Assembly: GCA_963747235.1 (NCBI GenBank)
Contig: CAVVEU010000040.1
Span: 1 to 64,000 of the forward strand
Length of the DNA stretch: 64,000 nt
Reading direction: 5' to 3'
Source of the DNA: an uncultured Candidatus Rokubacteria bacterium
GTDB lineage: Bacteria; Methylomirabilota; Methylomirabilia; Rokubacteriales; CSP1-6
This document shows, piece after piece, positions 51,540 through 60,124 of this stretch. Each line of letters begins with the position of its first letter. The stretch's first letter is position 1. The notes below the pieces were generated by a model, which ran no database searches, had not been told where the DNA came from, and saw nothing but the letters and a program-made list of their open reading frames with translations. The translations under genes were made by a program, and so were the position numbers.

Positions 51540-52322
51540 CTACCGGCGGAGCACCCGGCGCATGCCCCGGTCCACCAGCCCCGGCGCGAGGACGCTCATC
51601 ACCGCCAGGATGCGCACCGGCCAGTAGGGATAGACCTCCGGGCGGGGCCGACGCACGCAGCGGAGGATCGACCGGGCCACGCGCTCGGCCGACTGCACCG
51701 GGCCCATGGGCCGCCACCGCACCTTCTGGACCTCGGTCTCCGAGAACTCGGTCCCGGTGGTGCGGATGGGGTACACGAGCGTCACCGCGATCCCCGTCCC
51801 GGTCAGCTCCACCCGGAGCGCCTCGCTCAGCGCGCCCAGGGCGAACTTGGTCGCGCTGTAGGCCGAGCGGTAGGGCACCGCGCGGCGCCCGACGACGGAC
51901 GAGATGTTGACGACGTGGCCGCTCCCCTGCCGCCGCATGATGGGCAGCGCCGCCTGGGTGGCGCCGAGCACCGCGACCACGTTCAGCTCCATCAGGTCGC
52001 GCAGCTCCTCGGCGGTGGTCTGCTCGAGCGTGGCCGCGAACCCCCGCCCTGCGTTGTTGACCAGCACGTCGAGCCGCCCCCAGCGCGCGGCGACCTCGTC
52101 CACCATGGCGCGCATCGCGAGGGCATCCGTCACGTCCACCGCGTGCACGGTGACCTCGCTCCCTCGCGCGGTCAACTCGGCCGCGAGCTGCTCCAGGCGA
52201 TCCTTGCGGCGCGCGCAGAGCGCCACGCGCAGCCCCGCGCCCGCGAAGACCCGCGCGGTGGCCGCCCCGATGCCCGATGATGCCCCCGTGACGAGCGCGA
52301 CGCGCCCGCGGGGGTCACCCAC
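51540..52322 (-). CDS. Short-chain dehydrogenase/reductase
   Basis: TGASSGIG, NNAG, NISS, YSATK. Confidence 0.92.
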   Translation of the reverse strand: MGDPRGRVALVTGASSGIGAATARVFAGAGLRVALCARRKDRLEQLAAELTARGSEVTVHAVDVTDALAMRAMVDEVAARWGRLDVLVNNAGRGFAATLEQTTAEELRDLMELNVVAVLGATQAALPIMRRQGSGHVVNISSVVGRRAVPYRSAYSATKFALGALSEALRVELTGTGIAVTLVYPIRTTGTEFSETEVQKVRWRPMGPVQSAERVARSILRCVRRPRPEVYPYWPVRILAVMSVLAPGLVDRGMRRVLRR

Positions 52323-52725
52323 GGCGGGAGCGGCCGAGCATGCAGGAGATCTGGTAGCGGTGGCGCGCCACCCACGCGTAGACGCGCGGCGCGAGCAGCT
52401 CCACGCCGGGCAAGCGGAAGGCCTGCGCCAGCCAGCGCCAGCCACGCAGACGCCGGAGGATCTCGGGGATCGCGGCGTCGCCCGCGAGCACGCGGCCGTC
52501 CGGCAGGATGAGCTGCATGGCCTGCAGGCAGGTGCCCTCGCCCATCCACGGGTAGCGCGCGCGTCGCTCGGCCGCCTGACAGGGCAAGAACTCGAAGTGC
52601 CCCGCCACCGCCCGCCGCGAGAGCCACGCCACCCCACCGCGGCAGAGGCCGCAGGTGCCGTCGTAGATGAGGACGGCCCGCGCGCGGGAAGCCGGGGCCT
52701 GGGGGACTTCCAGCTTGGAGGTCAT
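52315..52725 (-). CDS. DCC / DUF393 thiol-disulfide oxidoreductase
   Basis: IYDGTCGLC (DxxCxxC), YAWVARHRY. Confidence 0.88.
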   Translation of the reverse strand: MTSKLEVPQAPASRARAVLIYDGTCGLCRGGVAWLSRRAVAGHFEFLPCQAAERRARYPWMGEGTCLQAMQLILPDGRVLAGDAAIPEILRRLRGWRWLAQAFRLPGVELLAPRVYAWVARHRYQISCMLGRSRRG

Positions 52726-52752
52726 CGGCCGCTATTGTACGCCCGCCGCGCG

Positions 52753-53967
52753 TCAGCGGTAGGCGCAGGGCGGCACGTTCGTTTTCCAGGCTCCTTGCGT
52801 GAGGTGCTCGCCGTGCGGGAAGAGGCGGAGCTGCTCGGCGGGCAGCACGGCCCTCATGCGACGGCCTCGCAGGGTCAGGAAGAAGCCCGCCCGCCCCGCG
52901 TCCACGCCGAGACGGCGGAGGTCCTGCGCGTCGCGTGGCAGCGTGCGCCGGCGCTCGGTGACGAGGCGACGCGCCGCGGTAGGCCCGATGCCGGGCACGC
53001 GCAGCAGGAGCTCGTAGGGCGCGCGCTCCAGCGCCACCGGGAACTGCTCGGCGTGGGCCAGGGCCCAGGCCGTCTTCGGATCGTGGTCGAGCGCCAGGTT
53101 GCCGTCGCCGCCGAACACGAGCTCCTCCGCCCGGAAGCCGTACTGTCGCAGCAGGTGCTCGGCCTGGTAGAGCCGCCATTCACGCGCGGCCGGCGTGGGC
53201 GGGAGCCCTTCCATCGGCGTCCCGGCCACCGGCTGGAAGGCGCTGAAGTGAGCATGATGGAGGAGGCCGCGCCGCTCGAGACCCCCCACCACGTTCAGGA
53301 TCTCGCGGTCCTGCTCGCCCTGGGCGCCCACCACGAACTGCGTCGTGGTGCCCGCCGCTGCGATGCCCGCCCGCCCCTCGAGCCGCGCCTCGCGGGAGAG
53401 ACGGCCGGCCAGCATCAGGTTCGGGAGCAGGTCACCCGAGTAGTTCTTCTCCCTGGCCAGGCCACGGACCACCGTGTCGTTGGGCCCCTCCAGATTCACC
53501 GAGACGCGCGTGGCCAGGCGGGTGGCCTGCACGACCTGCTCCTGCTCGGCCCCGGGCAGCAGCTTGATGTGGATGTAGCCGGCGAAGCCTTCGCGCTTCC
53601 TCAGGACCTCGATCGCGGCCAGCATGCGGTCCACCGCGCGTGGGGCGCGGCCCGGTACGCCGGAGGTGAGGAACAGGCCCTGTGCCACCCCCGCACGATG
53701 CGACTCCATGAACGTGCGCGCGACCTCCTCGGGCGACAGCGCGGTCCGCTTCACGCGCCCGCCGCAGAAGGTCGGGCAGTAGCCGCAGGAGAGCGAGCAG
53801 GCATTGGTCTGCATCACCCGCATCAGCGTCGTGGACCCGCCCCCGGGGAGGCGCACCGGACGGATCCCGACCGGGCCTTCGTTCAGGCGCGGCCGGCCGG
53901 GCAGGCCGGTCTCCTTGTCGTCCGAGGCCGCCTCCGAGAGGATCGCCAGGCGCTGTCGTCGGTCCAT
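52753..53967 (-). CDS. Putative DNA modification/repair radical SAM protein with HhH motif
   Basis: TNACSLSCGYC, GLFLTSG, YIHIK, TQFVVG, FSAFQP, RLYQA, LLRVPGIG. Confidence 0.88.
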   Translation of the reverse strand: MDRRQRLAILSEAASDDKETGLPGRPRLNEGPVGIRPVRLPGGGSTTLMRVMQTNACSLSCGYCPTFCGGRVKRTALSPEEVARTFMESHRAGVAQGLFLTSGVPGRAPRAVDRMLAAIEVLRKREGFAGYIHIKLLPGAEQEQVVQATRLATRVSVNLEGPNDTVVRGLAREKNYSGDLLPNLMLAGRLSREARLEGRAGIAAAGTTTQFVVGAQGEQDREILNVVGGLERRGLLHHAHFSAFQPVAGTPMEGLPPTPAAREWRLYQAEHLLRQYGFRAEELVFGGDGNLALDHDPKTAWALAHAEQFPVALERAPYELLLRVPGIGPTAARRLVTERRRTLPRDAQDLRRLGVDAGRAGFFLTLRGRRMRAVLPAEQLRLFPHGEHLTQGAWKTNVPPCAYR

Positions 53968-54021
53968 GGCAGATACTAAACACACGACGAGTATCAAAGC
54001 AAGTGCGGTAGAATCGCCACC

Positions 54022-54558
54022 GTGACCCGATCAGGAGTGCTCGCGGCTTTGCTGGTCCTCGCAGTCACCGCTTGCGTTCGGGTCCCCGGCCAGGACGTGC
54101 CGGACGTCCGGACGCCACTCGTGGTGGTCAACGAGATGCTGAGGCTGGCCGAGGTAACTGCGGGCGACGTGGTCTATGACCTGGGGTCGGGCGACGGCCG
54201 CATCCTGATCGCGGCGGCGCGGGATCGAGGGGCGCGCGGCGTTGGGCTGGAGATCGATCCGGCACTGGTCGCCCAGAGCACCGAGCGCGCGCGGCGGCTC
54301 GGGCTGGCCGACAAGCTGACCTTCCGCCAGCAGGACCTCTTCGAGGCCGATCTCACGCCGGCCACGGTGGTGACCCTCTACCTGTCGCCCGACCTCAACC
54401 GCCGGCTACGCCCGAAGCTGCTGCGCGAGCTGCGACCGGGGGCGCGGATCGTATCGCACAGCTTCGACATGGGGGACTGGGCGCCGACACGGACACTGCA
54501 GGTGTCGAGCAACGAGGGGAGCCACACGTTGTACCTGTGGGTGGTGCCGGGGAAGTAG
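54022..54558 (+). CDS. Class I SAM-dependent methyltransferase (possible lipoprotein signal)
   Basis: YDLGSGDGRI, VTLYL, PGARIVSHSF; VTAC lipobox-like. Confidence 0.88.
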   Translation: MTRSGVLAALLVLAVTACVRVPGQDVPDVRTPLVVVNEMLRLAEVTAGDVVYDLGSGDGRILIAAARDRGARGVGLEIDPALVAQSTERARRLGLADKLTFRQQDLFEADLTPATVVTLYLSPDLNRRLRPKLLRELRPGARIVSHSFDMGDWAPTRTLQVSSNEGSHTLYLWVVPGK

Positions 54559-54564
54559 CGGACC

Positions 54565-54599
54565 CCCCTCACCCTACCCTCTCCCCAGCGGGGAGAGGG
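54565..54599. repeat. Single REP-like unit between convergent genes
   Basis: CCCCTCACCCTACCCTCTCCCC-AGC-GGGGAGAGGG hairpin, same family as 31961 and 33549. Confidence 0.85.
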
Positions 54600-54619
54600 T
54601 AAAGAGGAGGAAGGGCGCT

Positions 54620-55975
54620 TCAGATACCCGTGACGGCCTTGATCGAGTCGCGGGTGACCGAGACGAGGCGGTCCACCTGCTCCTCGCTGACGATCAGCGG
54701 CGGGGCGAAGAAGATGTGCTCGAGGCGGGCGCGCGTGATCACGCCGCGCTTGGTCATCTCGGCCAGCACGCGCGGGCCGACCTTCTTGTCGGCGCCGAAC
54801 GGCGCCTTCGTCCCGCGGTCCTCCACCAGCTCGACGGCGGCCAGCAGGCCCTTGCCGCCCCGGATGTCGCCCACGTGCTTGTGGTCGCCGAGCGCCTGCT
54901 GCAGGCCCTTGTGGAGCCGCGTGCCCATGGCCGCCGCGCGCTCCCAGAGCCGCTCGCGCTCCATGATCTCGAGGTTCTTGAGGCCCACCGCGCAGCAGGT
55001 GGGATGCCCCGAGTAGGTGTAGGCGTGCATCCACTTGTCTTCCGGCTTCACCTCGTCCATGGCTTGCTTGATCGCCTTCGAGACCATGATGCCGCCGAGC
55101 GGGAGGTACCCGGAGGAAATGCCCTTCGCGAAGGAGACCATATCCGGGAGCACGTTCCAGTGCTCGAGCGCGAACCACTTGCCGGTCCGACAGAAACCGG
55201 TGATGACCTCGTCGGCGATGAAGAGCACGTTGTGCTTGTCGCAGACCTTGCGCACCAGCGGGAAGTAGTCGTCGGTCGGGTAGAGCACCCCGCCGCCACC
55301 GTGAATCGGCTCGGCGATGAAGGCGGCCACCGTGTCCGCCCCTTCCCGGACGATCGCCTCCTCGAGCAGGCGCGCGGCGGTCTGCCCCGCGGTCTCGCCC
55401 GGCTTGGAGCCCTCCTGACGGTACGGATAACACGTTGGAATATGCACGAAGCCCGGCACGCGCGGCTCGAACATCTTCCAGTAGGCCGCCATGCCGGTGG
55501 CGCTCATCGCCTGCAGGGTCACGCCGTGATAGGCGAGGCTGCGCGCGATGATCTTCACCTTGTCGGGCTTGCCCTTGGTCTTCCAGTAGAAGCGCGCGGT
55601 CTTGAACGCGGACTCGTTGGACTCGGCGCCGCCCGAGGTGAAGAACACGCCCTGCATGTTGGGATACGCGATCGTCATCAGCTTGGAGGCGAGCTGGATG
55701 GCCGGGATATTGGTCGAGCCCGAGTACGCGGAGTAGTAGGCCAGCTCGCGCATCTGCTCGGCCGCCGCGTCCGCCAGCTCGGCGCGGCCGTGGCCCACGT
55801 TCACGTTCCAGAGCCCGGCGAGGCCGTCGATGTACTCGCGGCCCTGCACGTCGGTCAGCACGGCGCCGCGGCCGCGCACGTAGACCATCGGCTCCAGATG
55901 ATCGCTCGGGTGATGCAGCGGGTGGATCAGATGGTCCTGGTCGTCCTTGATGAGCTGCGCTGCCTCGAGCGGCAT
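54620..55975 (-). CDS. Class III PLP aminotransferase (omega-amine transaminase-like)
   Basis: DGLAGLWNVNVGHG, SGGAESNE, YHG, EPIHG, DEVITGF, FAKG, TYSGHP; AGGAGG SD. Confidence 0.93.
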   Translation of the reverse strand: MPLEAAQLIKDDQDHLIHPLHHPSDHLEPMVYVRGRGAVLTDVQGREYIDGLAGLWNVNVGHGRAELADAAAEQMRELAYYSAYSGSTNIPAIQLASKLMTIAYPNMQGVFFTSGGAESNESAFKTARFYWKTKGKPDKVKIIARSLAYHGVTLQAMSATGMAAYWKMFEPRVPGFVHIPTCYPYRQEGSKPGETAGQTAARLLEEAIVREGADTVAAFIAEPIHGGGGVLYPTDDYFPLVRKVCDKHNVLFIADEVITGFCRTGKWFALEHWNVLPDMVSFAKGISSGYLPLGGIMVSKAIKQAMDEVKPEDKWMHAYTYSGHPTCCAVGLKNLEIMERERLWERAAAMGTRLHKGLQQALGDHKHVGDIRGGKGLLAAVELVEDRGTKAPFGADKKVGPRVLAEMTKRGVITRARLEHIFFAPPLIVSEEQVDRLVSVTRDSIKAVTGI

Positions 55976-55985
55976 CGGGCGCCTC

Positions 55986-56415
55986 CTACAGGCTCTGGTG
56001 ATAGATGGACGTCGCGGGCGCGTGCGCCCGGTAGTCACCACCCGGAATGGGCACGCCCCGATCGAGCGGACCGATGTACCAGTAGATGGAGGCGGCCAGC
56101 TCGCGGCCGGCCTCGCTCCGGACGGTGACTACCCGGCGATGATACTGGGGTCCCTCCGCCGAGTCCAGCGCCGCCCACAGCGCCGGATCCACGACCCGGT
56201 AGACCTCGCCGTGGATCGCGACCTCGGGATCGGGCACCGCGCCCGGATACGAGCCGAGATCGACGATCCGTGCCCGCACCTGCCCGCGTCCGACGAAGCT
56301 CGGCGCGTCCCGTGAGCAGCCGATGCAGGCGGAAACCGCGCATCAGCGTCCCGTAGGTGAAGAGGAGCGCGGGCTTACTTCCCGCGATCGCGGGACTCGG
56401 CCTCTTGCTCCTCAC
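55986..56415 (-). CDS. Gamma-glutamylcyclotransferase (AIG2/YtfP-like), frameshift near 56297; start uncertain
   Basis: LFTYGTLMRG, then DLGSYPG, HGEVY, LDSAEG, YHR, IPGGDY. Confidence 0.8.
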
Positions 56416-56527
56416 GGGAGCATCCGGCGGGCGAGGCTCAGGTCTGGATGCCGAAGCGCGGCAGGACCCAGCGGCTGAGCGCGACCCAGCCGACCAGGAT
56501 ACCGATGACGATGAGCGCGGATTCCAT
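56375..56527 (-). CDS. Candidate 50-aa single-TM selenoprotein (UGA at 56440-56438)
   Basis: GGAGG SD, ATG, MESALIVIGILVGWVALSRWVLPRFGIQT-TGA-ASPAGCSREEQEAESRDRGK-TAA, with a SECIS-like hairpin after the TGA. Confidence 0.62.
56400..56437 (-). promoter_or_regulatory. Putative bacterial SECIS of the mini-protein
   Basis: UGCUCC-CGUGA-GGAGCA perfect upper stem with loop at +22 to +26 from the UGA; outer GCCUC/GAGGC pairing. Confidence 0.6.
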
Positions 56528-56533
56528 CGCCGC

Positions 56534-57190
56534 TCAGGCCTCCGGGTCCGGAGCGACCGCCTGGAGCACCGCGCCCAGGAAGTCACGCTCCGGGATCGCG
56601 CCCTCGAAGCCGACCTTGTCGTTGATGACGATCTTGGGGACGGCCATCACCTGGTAGCGCTGGGCGAGCTCGGGGAACTCGGTGGCCTCGATGCACTCCG
56701 CCCGCACCTTCGGCGACGCGATCGCCATGTGCTGCGCCAGGCGCACGGCCCGGGGGCAGTGGGGTCAGGTCGGGGTCGTGAAGACCTTGATCGTGACGTC
56801 CTCGGTGAGCCCGGCCAGCGCCGTCTTGGTCTCCTCGCTCAGGCCCGCCTCCCCGGTGGACACCGCGACGATGGAGTCGATCAGGTTGGAGAACTCGTAG
56901 CCGCCCGGCAGCCCGAGGAAGCGAATGCCGTAGTCCTGTGCCCCCTCCACCACGATCGCGGGCGACTCGCTGATCCCGTACGCGGCGGCCTGGTCCCGCT
57001 CGATGTGCGGGTTCAGCACCGCCACGGAGAGCTGGTCGGACAGCGCCGCCACCTCGCGGACCAGGGCCACCGTCTGGGCATTGTGCTCGCCGCCCAGCTC
57101 GGAGGCGAACACGGTCAGCTTCACCGGCCCGCCGAGGCGCTCGAACTCCTTCCGGACCGCGGCCTCGTCCTGTGCGGAGAGAAAGCCCAT
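56534..57190 (-). CDS. Protein-disulfide oxidoreductase (two thioredoxin folds, AhpF-NTD/PDO type) with selenocysteine UxxC site
   Basis: ORFs 56765..57190 and 56534..56746 are in frame across a TGA: KVFTTPT-U-PHCPRAV...VMAVPKIVIN...FEGA; also GLPGGYEF. Confidence 0.88.
56732..56759 (-). promoter_or_regulatory. Putative bacterial SECIS of the PDO gene
   Basis: CUGC-CC-CCGGGC-CGUGC-GCCUGG-C-GCAG hairpin with loop at +18 to +22 from the UGA. Confidence 0.65.
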
Positions 57191-57299
57191 GGCTCGGAGT
57201 ATACCGGATCGCGTCCTCGAGGCGGGGTTTCGTCTGTGGATCTCCGCCTGTTGCGCCTTCGCGATGACCGGCCGCGGGTTTGGGGGGCCTGCCGACGCG

Positions 57300-58301
57300 C
57301 TACTCGATCACCTGATCCGCCCGCTGAAGGAGCGCCGGCGGGATCGTCAGGCCGAGGGTCTTGGCGGTCTTGAGGTTGAGGACCAGCTCGAACTTGGTCG
57401 GCTGCTCTATCGGGAGATCGCCGGGCTTCGCGCCCTTCAGGATCTTGTCCACGTACTCGGCCGCTCGACGGTACACCTGAAGTCGATCCGCACCGTAAGA
57501 CAACAACCCGCCCGCCTCAGCCCATTCCCTGGACGGATACACTGCAGGAAGCCGCAACTTCGCCGAGAGGTCGGCTATCTCCCGGCGGAGGCTATACGTC
57601 AACGGATCCCCGAGTACGAGCAGGCCACCTACGCCGGCCGAGACCGCCGCGTGCAAAACGGGTGGCACCTGATCGGCGGTTCTCGCTTCGAGGACCTCCA
57701 GACGGGTACGGTCGGCTTCCGCGGCTGTCTTGATCTCTTTGAGCGCCAGCCGCGTGAAGGGCGTCTCCGGGTTCGTCAGCACCGCGATCACTTGCTTTCC
57801 TGGACTGAGCTCCTTCAAGAGCTGTAGGTGCTTGCCCCCAATCTGTGTCACGCCGCTCAGGCCCGTGACGTTTCTCCCGGGCCGGCCGAGGCTGGAGACC
57901 AGCCCGGCCCCTACCGGATCGCCGACGGTCGTGAACACGATCGGGATGGTCATGGTGGCGGCCTTCGCCGCCTGTGCCGTGAGTGTCCCGAATCCAGCTA
58001 TCAACACGTCCGGCCTGCCTCGAACCAGCTCTCTCGCCATCTGTGACAGTCGTTCTGGATGTCCTTCAGCCGATCGGTACTCGAACGCCATGTTCTTGCC
58101 CTCGCCGTACCCCAGCTCGTGGAGCCGCTCCAGCAGCGGCTGCATCGTGGTGTCCTCCCCGGGAGTGAGGGAGAGGAAGCAGATTCGGTACACCTTCCCC
58201 GCCGGCTGCGCCGCGGCGCCGAGCGGCGCGGCGGCGAGGCTGCCGGCGATGAGCACCATGAAAGCGCGTCGCGGCATCTCGGGCGAGCGGACAGAAGCCA
58301 T
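57300..58301 (-). CDS. Orphan ABC substrate-binding protein (ABC_sub_bind family)
   Basis: RRAF signal, TIPIVF...DPVGAGLVSSLGRPGRNVTG, GGLLSYG, YVDKILKGAKPGDLPIEQPTKFELVLNLKTA. Confidence 0.9.
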   Translation of the reverse strand: MASVRSPEMPRRAFMVLIAGSLAAAPLGAAAQPAGKVYRICFLSLTPGEDTTMQPLLERLHELGYGEGKNMAFEYRSAEGHPERLSQMARELVRGRPDVLIAGFGTLTAQAAKAATMTIPIVFTTVGDPVGAGLVSSLGRPGRNVTGLSGVTQIGGKHLQLLKELSPGKQVIAVLTNPETPFTRLALKEIKTAAEADRTRLEVLEARTADQVPPVLHAAVSAGVGGLLVLGDPLTYSLRREIADLSAKLRLPAVYPSREWAEAGGLLSYGADRLQVYRRAAEYVDKILKGAKPGDLPIEQPTKFELVLNLKTAKTLGLTIPPALLQRADQVIE

Positions 58302-58468
58302 CGGATCCCTCCTCGGAGTCTGGCCGCGAGTCTACCAGCGTCGGCAGGGTCTGGGAGGCGCGACGTGTGCTTGGCGTGGCTCGTGTGGGGGAATCGCGGG
58401 GACTCGGCCGGCACGATTGGCCGCGTTCGCCCCGGTTGGCCCCCGGGCGTGGTCCAGAGGATACCGGC

Positions 58469-60112
58469 TTACTTCGGGGCGCCGCGGACGATTTCGAGCA
58501 TCTTGCGGTACCCGGACGGATCGATGCGCGCGTCGATGAGCGTAGGGCCGGGCGCGGTCTGCGCCGCGATCAGCGCGCTCTGCAGCGTCGACTCGCTCGT
58601 GGCCGCCAGCGCGCGGATGCCGAAGGCGCGCCCGAGCGCGACGAGATCGGGCCCCGCGTAGCGCATGGACACCCCCTCGAAGCCCTTCTGCTCCTGCTTC
58701 ACCTCGATCAGCGACAGCGCCAGGTCGTTGAAGACCACGATCACGATCGGCAGGCGCAGGCGCGCCACCGTCTCGAGCTCGGAGGCCACCATCATGAGGC
58801 CGCCGTCACCGGTGAAACACACCACTCGGCGATCCGGGTACACGAGCTGCGCCGCGATGGCCGCGGGCAGCGCGAAGCCCATGGTGGCGAGCCCGTTCGA
58901 GATCAGGAGCTCCCCGGGCTCGAGCGAATGCCAGTAGGTCGTGGTCTGGAACATGTGGGCGCCCGCGTCCACCGTGGCGATGCTGCCCGCCGCGGTCAGC
59001 TCGCGCGCGATCTGGGCCACCCGGTGCGGGGCCAGCCCGGGCACCGGCACCTCGAGGGCCGCCGCGCGCTCGCGGCGGATGCGGTCCACCTCGGCCACGT
59101 CCCAGTCCGCCCGGACGTCCCGGCGCATGATGCGTGGAGCCAGGTCCTCGAGGATCGTGCCCAGATCGCCGACCACCTCGAGCGCGGGCGTGAAGTAGGC
59201 GCCACCGCCCACCGCGCGCAGGCGCGGCTCGCTCGAGGCCACCCGCGCGAGGCTCAGCACCGGCGCGGTGTAGGACCAGCGGCGTGGGATCAGCTCCACC
59301 GTGTCGAGGCCGAAGGTGATGATCAGGTCGGCGCGCCGCACCAGCGGCTCCTCCAGCGCCCCGCCTGTGAAGATCCCCATCGCCAGCGGGTGCGGATCGG
59401 GGATCGCGCCCTTGGCCTTGTAGGTGGTCAGCACCGGCGCGGGCAGCGCCTCGCAGAACGCGCGCAGCCACTTCGCGTCGGCGGGGCGGCAGCCGAGCCC
59501 CGCGATGACGAGCGGCCGCTTCGCGCCCCGGATCATCTCGGCGGCGCGCTCGACGAGGGCGTCGTCCGGCGCCGGCACCGCCGGCGGCGTCATCGCGGTG
59601 GCCACCGGCACCGCCGCCGCGCCCGCGACGTCCGCGGGCAGGTCCAGGTGCACGGGCCCGCGCGGCTCCGCGAGCGCGAGCTGCACCGCGTGGGCCACCC
59701 AGTGGCCCGCCGAGTCCGGCGTCACGGTCACGCTGCCCTTCACGATCGGGCCCAGGTGCGCCGCGTGGTCGAGGTATTGATGCGTGGCGTAGGCGAGCAC
59801 GCCCGACGGATGGCGATCGCTGATGTAGAGCAGCGGCGAGCGGTCGAGCTGCGCGTGGGCCAGGCCGGTGGCGCTCGCGGTGACGCCGGGGCCCAGCGTG
59901 GACACCACCGCGCCCGGCCGGCCGGTGAGCTCGCCGGTGACCGCGGCCATGATCGTGGCGGCCCACTCCTGATGGCAGAGCACGAACGGCAGGCCGCGGG
60001 CCCGCGCGGCTTCGAGAACCTCCAGGTTGGATCCGCCCCCCGGGACGCCGAAGAGGCGCGGGACCTCCGCCCGCAGCAGGCCCTCGACGATCAGCTCGGC
60101 GACGGTGGGCAC
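58469..60112 (-). CDS. Thiamine-pyrophosphate-binding enzyme (acetolactate synthase-like)
   Basis: FGVPGG, HQE, TLGPG, GPVHLDLP, MGFALPAA, GDGG...N. Confidence 0.9.
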   Translation of the reverse strand: MPTVAELIVEGLLRAEVPRLFGVPGGGSNLEVLEAARARGLPFVLCHQEWAATIMAAVTGELTGRPGAVVSTLGPGVTASATGLAHAQLDRSPLLYISDRHPSGVLAYATHQYLDHAAHLGPIVKGSVTVTPDSAGHWVAHAVQLALAEPRGPVHLDLPADVAGAAAVPVATAMTPPAVPAPDDALVERAAEMIRGAKRPLVIAGLGCRPADAKWLRAFCEALPAPVLTTYKAKGAIPDPHPLAMGIFTGGALEEPLVRRADLIITFGLDTVELIPRRWSYTAPVLSLARVASSEPRLRAVGGGAYFTPALEVVGDLGTILEDLAPRIMRRDVRADWDVAEVDRIRRERAAALEVPVPGLAPHRVAQIARELTAAGSIATVDAGAHMFQTTTYWHSLEPGELLISNGLATMGFALPAAIAAQLVYPDRRVVCFTGDGGLMMVASELETVARLRLPIVIVVFNDLALSLIEVKQEQKGFEGVSMRYAGPDLVALGRAFGIRALAATSESTLQSALIAAQTAPGPTLIDARIDPSGYRKMLEIVRGAPK

Positions 60113-60124
60113 CGAGCGAACCGG

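Noticed and set aside
31961-54599. CRISPR array or IS ends from the CCCCTCACCC repeats
   Set aside because: Dispersed copies without regular spacers, cas genes or a transposase; they behave as REP-like elements
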